Below, in pieces: positions 59,760 to 64,000 of a stretch of DNA of 64,000 bases. Numbering within the stretch: the stretch's first letter is position 1; every line of letters begins with the position of its first letter. The stretch spans positions 3,312-67,311 of the forward strand of contig DASSJF010000038.1 in assembly GCA_035691305.1 (NCBI GenBank), in the 5' to 3' direction. The notes beneath the pieces are model-generated. The model worked only from the letters and a program-made list of their open reading frames with translations. It had not been told where the DNA came from and did not search any database. The stretch comes from a bacterium. GTDB taxonomy: Bacteria; Sysuimicrobiota; Sysuimicrobiia; Sysuimicrobiales; Segetimicrobiaceae. The position numbers were made by a program, and so were the translations under genes.

Positions 59760-60824
59760 ATGAGCAACGGATCAGCCGCGATGAATCGCCGCGCATTCTT
59801 CCGCGCCTTCGGAGGCGTCGCCGCCGGCTCCGCGGCGGGCCTGCCGCTGGCGGCGCAGTTGAGCGCGCAGGCTGCTCCACCACAGATGCCGCTGGTGAAA
59901 CGTGTTGCCGCAAACCCGGCCGCCGTCCCGGCGCCAATCCGCCGGTCGCAGGCCGCGCATCATACCCTCACGCTCACGGCCCGAGAGGTTGTGGCTGAGA
60001 TCGAGCCGGGTCTCAAGTTCCTCTACATGACGTTCGACGGTCAAGTGCCGGGCCCGCTGCTCCGCATCAGGGTGGGCGATACCGTCCAGCTCACGTTCAG
60101 AAATCCGCGCGAAAACCTCATGCCGCATACCGTCGACTTCCACGCGGTCTACGGACCGGGCGGCGGCATGGAAGCGCTGCTGGCCAAACCCGGACAGGAA
60201 AAGGGCCTCTACTTCAAGGCGCTCTATCCCGGCAGCTTCGTGTACCACTGCGCGGTCGCCGACCTCGACTATCACATCGCCAGCGGCATGTACGGGATGA
60301 TCGTCGTGGAACCGGAACAGGGCCTGCCTCCGGTATCGCGGGAATTCTACCTCGGCCAGAACGAGATGTACGTGGGCCAGTCCGCGGGCCCGGACGGCTA
60401 CCGCACCTTCGATTTCGACGCCCTGCTGCGGGAGAATCCAACGCACGTGCTCTTGAACGGACAAAAGAAGGCGGTGACCCCGGACGGCTACGGGGCGCTG
60501 AAAGCCAAGGTCGGAGAGACCATACGGATCTTTTTCGTCAACGGCGGACCGAACTTGACGAGCAGTTTCCACCCGATTGGCAACATCTGGACGAGGGTGT
60601 GGGGCAACGGATCGTTCAGAACCGCGGCGGACGCGTACATGCAGACGGTCACGGTCGGCCCGGGCAGCACGCTGGTGGGCGACCTCGCCCTGCCGGTGCC
60701 CGGATCCGTCAGGCTGGTCGATCATGCGATCACCCGCGTCGTCAGGAAGGGCATGCTCGCGGTGATCGACGTCGCCGGACCCGCTCAGCCGCAGATCTTC
60801 AAGCCATTGACGCCCGGCGTATGA
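59760..60824 (+). CDS. nirK: copper-containing nitrite reductase
   Basis: Tat-type signal NRRAFFRAFGG. Cu ligands in HTVDFHAVYG, YHCAVADLDYHIASGMYGM, FHPIGN and LVDHAI. Confidence 0.9.
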   Translation: MSNGSAAMNRRAFFRAFGGVAAGSAAGLPLAAQLSAQAAPPQMPLVKRVAANPAAVPAPIRRSQAAHHTLTLTAREVVAEIEPGLKFLYMTFDGQVPGPLLRIRVGDTVQLTFRNPRENLMPHTVDFHAVYGPGGGMEALLAKPGQEKGLYFKALYPGSFVYHCAVADLDYHIASGMYGMIVVEPEQGLPPVSREFYLGQNEMYVGQSAGPDGYRTFDFDALLRENPTHVLLNGQKKAVTPDGYGALKAKVGETIRIFFVNGGPNLTSSFHPIGNIWTRVWGNGSFRTAADAYMQTVTVGPGSTLVGDLALPVPGSVRLVDHAITRVVRKGMLAVIDVAGPAQPQIFKPLTPGV

Positions 60825-60841
60825 AAACGGGCGGGACCGCG

Positions 60842-60874
60842 GGCTCCGCGCCCGGCCGCGGCCGGCGCGGAGCC
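60842..60874. terminator. strong GC hairpin shared by convergent nirK and the minus-strand small-gene unit
   Basis: 11-bp perfect stem GGCTCCGCGCC / GGCGCGGAGCC, 18 nt after the nirK stop and about 50 nt after the minus-strand TAA at 60927. Confidence 0.5.
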
Positions 60875-60926
60875 TGTGCTCGCGCCTCCGAAGTCGGAGG
60901 GAAACGACGCTACCGGCCCGCTCGAA

Positions 60927-61199
60927 TTACCGTTGCGGTGGCAGCAATTTCTCGTCTACGAGCACGATCGAAGTGACGGCGTGCCGGCAGACCAGCTCCG
61001 GACCGGCCGGCGTCTCGACGAGGAGGGCATTCAGATCGGCGGCGCGGACGATCACCTGGGAGAGTTCGTAGCCGTCGGCGCACCGCAGATGAACAGGGAC
61101 ACGGCGCGCAACGAGCGCGTCGACAAACGCGCCCGCGTGTGAAAGGTACCCGAGACCGCCGACCGCGACGCCGCACCCGTGGCGTCCGGCGCCGTCCAG
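60927..61199 (-). other. 90-codon open frame with no usable start, continuing in frame past the TGA of the upstream ORF
   Basis: Reads LDGAGRHGCGVAVGGLGYLSHAGAFVDALVARRVPVHLRCADGYELSQVIVRAADLNALLVETPAGPELVCRHAVTSIVLVDEKLLPPQR, then TAA. The first ATG/GTG/TTG comes only at codon 48. Confidence 0.35.
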
Positions 61200-61403
61200 T
61201 CAGCCGGTAATGGCGGGCTGTGTAACAGCCTCCAGTTCGTTCAACCGGCGATCCAGCTCGAGCATGCGGCGCCGGTAGTCCAGTTCGGTGACTACGGCGT
61301 CATGGACGTAGCTTAACACGGGGTCTTCGGCGGCATGCGCAATCTTCTGCTCTTGTTGCCAAATCAGGTCTGCGAGCTCACGCACTACGTCCTTGAGGTG
61401 CAT
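61200..61403 (-). CDS. hypothetical small helical protein (67 aa) ending at the TGA at 61200-61202
   Basis: ATG 61403. MHLKDVVRELADLIWQQEQKIAHAAEDPVLSYVHDAVVTELDYRRRMLELDRRLNELEAVTQPAITG. No family recognised. Confidence 0.45.
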   Translation of the reverse strand: MHLKDVVRELADLIWQQEQKIAHAAEDPVLSYVHDAVVTELDYRRRMLELDRRLNELEAVTQPAITG

Positions 61404-61604
61404 CCTCACGCCCCCCAATTGGTTCCGGCAGCGCCGAACCGAACTCGATAACTCGTAATTCTGTGCGTCGCAGAGATTTCCTGGAATGTTGCGTTATCTC
61501 GTGGTAAGAATTTGGTGAGGTTTTTCGGTCGCCGGCGCAGGCATGACGCACCGCGGCAAGAAATCTTATCGAAACGCGGCGGCAATCAATACGGGAGGCA
61601 GACG

Positions 61605-61937
61605 TTGTCGCATCTCGGCAGTGATTTTTGGCACGACTTCGAAGGGACACGCACCGATCAAGACGTCGCGCTCATCCAGACGATGCGCACTGTGCGCGCA
61701 ATTCGCGGCGCCGACCGTCCGCGCGCCGGCGTTCCGGAGGAGATCCGCGCGGCCCTCGCGCATCTTTGCGCCGCGATGGAGGGCCTGGTCGACTGGATGG
61801 AGCAGGAAGGCGGGACCGACTCCAACGCGATGCAGCTGCTGCAAGACCTTCACCGGGTCGGAGACGGCGTCGTGCGATGCCTCTCCGCGTGTCCCGTCCA
61901 GATAATTCTAGAGAAAGCCGACGAAGACGCCGGATAG
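61605..61937 (+). CDS. hypothetical small protein (110 aa)
   Basis: TTG 61605 with GGGAGG 6 nt upstream. SHLGSDFWHDFEGTRTDQDVALIQTMRTV... Divergent from the 61403 gene. No family recognised. Confidence 0.4.
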   Translation: MSHLGSDFWHDFEGTRTDQDVALIQTMRTVRAIRGADRPRAGVPEEIRAALAHLCAAMEGLVDWMEQEGGTDSNAMQLLQDLHRVGDGVVRCLSACPVQIILEKADEDAG

Positions 61938-61944
61938 CAGAAGA

Positions 61945-62020
61945 TGGCGCGCCCGGAGGGATTTGAACCCCCGACCTACGGCTCCGGAGGCCGGCGCTCT
62001 ATCCGCTGAGCTACGGGCGC
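61945..62020 (-). tRNA. tRNA-Arg (anticodon CCG), CCA encoded
   Basis: 76 nt: GCGCCCG-UA-GCUC-AGCGGAUA-GAGC-G-CCGGC-CUCCGGA-GCCGU-AGGUC-GGGGG-UUCAAAU-CCCUC-CGGGCGC-G-CCA. The cloverleaf folds with one 27:43 mismatch. Confidence 0.95.
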
Positions 62021-62033
62021 GCGCGTCCCTACT

Positions 62034-62042
62034 ATTATAACA
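62034..62042 (-). promoter_or_regulatory. extended -10 element (TGTTATAAT) upstream of tRNA-Arg
   Basis: Minus strand reads TGT-TATAAT ending 13 nt before the mature tRNA 5' end. Confidence 0.4.
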
Positions 62043-62064
62043 AAGACGTAGGGCCGAGACTCCG

Positions 62065-63096
62065 CTACACCGCCGGAGCCGCGGGCGCAGGCGGCGGAAC
62101 CGTCGGCGCGGGCGGGACCGGTCCGTGCCGCCGCCGCTCAACGATGGCCATGATCACACCGCCCGTACCCCAGGTCACCGCGGCGAAACCGGCCAACCAC
62201 CCAAGGTGTGGAATCGCAAAGGCGATCGCCAGCAGCAGCCCGCCGATCAGCGCTTCAAACGCGATCCGGCCCGGATGGACGCGGTGTCCCACGAGCACCG
62301 CGACGGCGCTGAACCCCAGTTGGATCGCGATCAGCAGAGCCGCCAGTAGCACCAGCACAAGGAGAATGCCCGCGACGCTCAGCACGAGCAGCACCACGGC
62401 GGGCCCGAGCAGCAGCCACACGAGAACGCCCGCGAGCACCGAGCCCGCGGGGCTTCGTTCGAGGGCCTGCACTACCGCCGCGGTGACGCCGGGGAAGAAC
62501 GCGGCGGTGATCCATGCCGTCCCGACGACGGTCGCCGCCCAGAGCAGAAACAGCAGCCCCGCGACAATCTTCCACGCCGCGATGATGCCGAAGATCGCCG
62601 GCGGCATCCACGGCGGCAAGCCGGGAGAGAGCCACGGCGGCGACGACGGCGGAGCCGCGGGCGGCGGAAACGGCATCGGCGGCACCGACGGGACCTGGGG
62701 GTTCGGCGGCGCCGGGTGTCCGGGCGGCGCCTTTCGGATCACCGCACCCGGCGCGATGCGCACGCTGCCGCCGGTGGCCTGCACCGTCCCGTCGACGACG
62801 GCCGTAGAGTCGAGGATGACATTGCCGCCGGTCGCGCGCACGTCGCCGCCCACGTGCCCGCCGACGTGCACCGAACCCGCGGTCGCAGACGCGTTGCCGG
62901 TCACGGTTCCGCCGACGTCGAGTGTGCCGCCGATTACGATGGCGTCCCCGTACACGATCGTGCCCGGCGGCACCGTCGCGTCCCCGATGCGGAGCAGCGT
63001 TTCCCCGGCCTGCGCCGCGGTGCCCGCAAGCGCCGCGGCCGCGACAACGGCGGCGGCAGTGGCGCAAGCCCGCGAGAGTACGCGCCGGATCATCAT
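62065..63096 (-). CDS. secreted beta-helix (bactofilin/DUF583-like repeat) domain + Pro-rich linker + polytopic membrane domain protein
   Basis: Signal peptide, then GDAIVIGGTLDVGGTVTGNASATAGSVHVGGHVGGDVRATGGNVILD... repeats, a PPxP-rich linker, then about 6 TM helices. ATGA overlap with the comB stop. Confidence 0.7.
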   Translation of the reverse strand: MMIRRVLSRACATAAAVVAAAALAGTAAQAGETLLRIGDATVPPGTIVYGDAIVIGGTLDVGGTVTGNASATAGSVHVGGHVGGDVRATGGNVILDSTAVVDGTVQATGGSVRIAPGAVIRKAPPGHPAPPNPQVPSVPPMPFPPPAAPPSSPPWLSPGLPPWMPPAIFGIIAAWKIVAGLLFLLWAATVVGTAWITAAFFPGVTAAVVQALERSPAGSVLAGVLVWLLLGPAVVLLVLSVAGILLVLVLLAALLIAIQLGFSAVAVLVGHRVHPGRIAFEALIGGLLLAIAFAIPHLGWLAGFAAVTWGTGGVIMAIVERRRHGPVPPAPTVPPPAPAAPAV

Positions 63097-63821
63097 CCCA
63101 GCAGCGTGAGCCGGTCTCCGACCCGCGGCACGAACTCCGAGCCGTCCCGGACGGCGCAGTAGTCAAGATCCTTTTCGAGGCCGATGGCCAGCACGTTCCG
63201 GCCGCCGGCCGTCTGCCGGAACACCTCGATCGGATCGGGCCACGCACGATACAGCGTGCGCGCGGCCAGGACGGCATCGGTTGCGCGGTAGTCGGCGCGC
63301 CCCGCGAAATACTCGACGAGCGCGTCGGCCACACCGCCGGCCGCGTACGCGTCGTCCAGGCTGAACCGGCCCTCCCGGCCGGCACAGACCACGGTGAGAT
63401 CGAGGCCGCCGTCCCGCGCCGCCGCGGCGGCGGCGCGGGCCGCCGCCGCCCGGTTGCGCAGGCACGCCGCGAAAACGACCGGCGCCAGCCGAACGGCGTG
63501 AAGCGCCCGCGTCCCGTTCGTGGTCGCGATGACTACCCTGCTTCCCGCGACGTCCGCGCGCGCGAAGGCGGACGGGCTGTTGCCGAACTCGAACCCCGCG
63601 GGCGGCAGGCCGCCCTCTTCCCCGGCGGTGCGCACCCGCAGCGCCGATCCCGCCGCGTAGCCTCGGGCGCTCTCCACGTCCGGCGCCGCGATCACTTCGG
63701 CGCAGCCGCGTTCCAAAAGGGTCAGAATCGATGTCGTGGCGCGAAGCACATCAATCACCACGGCGACGCGGCGGCGCACGTCGCCCGCCTCCTGCGGCAG
63801 GAACGCGACGTGAATTTCCAC
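63093..63821 (-). CDS. comB: 2-phosphosulfolactate phosphatase family protein
   Basis: GTG 63821. VAVVIDVLRATTSI...GEEGG..P.GFEFGNSP...ATTNGT is the ComB family block order. Confidence 0.85.
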   Translation of the reverse strand: MEIHVAFLPQEAGDVRRRVAVVIDVLRATTSILTLLERGCAEVIAAPDVESARGYAAGSALRVRTAGEEGGLPPAGFEFGNSPSAFARADVAGSRVVIATTNGTRALHAVRLAPVVFAACLRNRAAAARAAAAAARDGGLDLTVVCAGREGRFSLDDAYAAGGVADALVEYFAGRADYRATDAVLAARTLYRAWPDPIEVFRQTAGGRNVLAIGLEKDLDYCAVRDGSEFVPRVGDRLTLLG

Positions 63822-64000
63822 TCAGAACTTCCGGACGTAGGGCGCCGCCGAGATCACACGCGCGAGCCTGGCGCGCATCTCCTCCGCCATCGCCTGCGCG
63901 GAGGTCTGCGCGAATGCCGCGTCTTGGGGCGTAACCTCGAACAGCGGCATCTCCCCGCCCACCACGTTCCAGGTGCCCCCGGCCGCGACCGCGCGAACGT
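63822..64000 (-). CDS. C-terminal fragment of an unidentified protein (gene starts beyond the window)
   Basis: The frame ending at TGA 63824..63822 reads ...GTWNVVGGEMPLFEVTPQDAAFAQTSAQAMAEEMRARLARVISAAPYVRKF. High GC3. Abuts the comB start. Confidence 0.45.
   Translation of the reverse strand, partial: VRAVAAGGTWNVVGGEMPLFEVTPQDAAFAQTSAQAMAEEMRARLARVISAAPYVRKF

Noticed and set aside
60876-61142. 88-aa plus-strand ORF downstream of nirK
   Set aside because: It starts immediately after the strong nirK terminator hairpin and has no SD. It mirrors the minus-strand frame, sharing the second codon position. The minus-strand product looks more protein-like and ends at a sensible distance from the shared hairpin. 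This was not decisive, so the alternative is noted in the finding.
55979-61403. Genome-wide reassignment of UGA (to Trp or Gly) as the explanation for the two in-frame TGA interruptions
   Set aside because: TGA functions as the stop codon for many well-defined genes in this window (atpA, nuoL, nuoH, rapZ, hisF, hisG, prx, nirK and others), often in ATGA/GTGA coupling overlaps. A global code change is therefore not supported.
61908-62141. 77-aa minus-strand ORF
   Set aside because: It is a translation across the tRNA-Arg gene (...GRGFKSLRARH... is a typical tRNA read-through peptide). It is not a protein gene.

Overview
High-GC (about 70%) bacterial chromosome segment, almost all core metabolism and mostly on the minus strand. 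All calls come from reading the sequence and the ORF track; no database search was run. Gene order, left to right: a division-cluster tail (Sbp fragment, DUF881) and a Clp1-like P-loop kinase; a complete Thermus-order V/A-type ATPase operon (G-I-K-E-C-F-A-B-D); a complex I locus with only the membrane-arm genes nuoA-H-J-K-L-M-N; DUF360-rapZ-yvcK; a TCA block (sdhCAB, mdh, sucCD, and icd on the plus strand); DUF692-like, PduO adenosyltransferase, S9 peptidase and phosphoesterase genes; hisZGDBHAF-IE; yerC-ccmH; and ilvBNC-leuA-cimA-leuB-DUF1272 behind a T-box leader. The right end (51-64 kb) is more accessory: a large LuxR/STAND regulator, peroxiredoxin plus an MBL-rhodanese fusion, methyltransferases, a LysE exporter, nirK, small unknown ORFs, tRNA-Arg(CCG) and comB. 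Many ORF-track entries run upstream of the true start or are antisense shadow ORFs. Real genes are often coupled by ATGA/GTGA overlaps and use GTG/TTG starts with GGAGG-type ribosome-binding (SD) sites. No CRISPR array, transposase or prophage was seen, and no clearly novel multi-gene system stands out. The best leads are two reading frames interrupted by in-frame TGA codons (one followed by a SECIS-like hairpin), the bacterial Clp1-like kinase, the membrane-arm-only nuo locus, and the regulatory architecture upstream of the V-ATPase operon.
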